Shown here: piece after piece, positions 63,976 to 64,000 of the stretch | Layout of the letters: every line of letters begins with the position of its first letter | Position numbering within the stretch: the stretch's first letter is position 1 | Source: a virus | Direction: 5' to 3' (one strand) | Length of the DNA stretch: 64,000 bases | Virus record (IMG/VR): IMGVR_UViG_3300045999_011735 | Location: 1-64,000 of that record | Translations under genes and position numbers: made by a program | The notes under the pieces: generated by a model | What the model saw: the letters and a program-made list of their open reading frames with translations, nothing else | Database searches by the model: none | Told to the model about the DNA's origin: nothing

Positions 63976-64000
63976 ATCTTTTATTTATTTAAATATACAA

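Overview
This window is 64 kb of a large, AT-rich, lytic T4-like (myovirus-type) dsDNA phage. The host is most likely Bacteroidota: promoters read TTTG-N18-20-TAnnTTTA, starts are A-rich and lack Shine-Dalgarno sites, and the phage carries a Bacteroidota-type outer-membrane beta-barrel gene. All credible genes lie on the minus strand. In transcription order (right to left) they are: (1) an early region (~57.4-64 kb) of small, individually promoted gene cassettes, with a tRNA-like RNA and three unusual non-coding elements; (2) a gp55-like late sigma factor; (3) a baseplate module (gp5-, gp25- and gp6-like genes plus large wedge proteins) interrupted by two Thr/Pro mucin-like genes, one of 1612 aa; (4) primase, nucleases and an OMP; (5) a long block of small or modular probable internal head proteins; (6) terminase, portal, prohead protease, scaffold, major capsid protein and PhoH; (7) tail-fibre genes ending in a Kelch-repeat gene. 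The most notable signal is that about a dozen otherwise unrelated proteins start with short leaders copying three motifs of the scaffold protein (RMQKLA, IxLxD/EILxE, LxxLIRxxV) and ending in (L/I/V)-x-E protease-type sites. Several of these are polyproteins whose cargo includes an ADP-ribosyltransferase-like domain, a zinc peptidase and HTH domains, which suggests a scaffold-mimic capsid-loading system. Other highlights are a [ST]-[GAS]-S motif concentrated in outer virion proteins (a possible glycosylation sequon), a late promoter that is the reverse complement of T4's, structured RNA leaders, and convergent promoters around a GC-rich non-coding island. All functional calls come from motif recognition only; no database searches were run.
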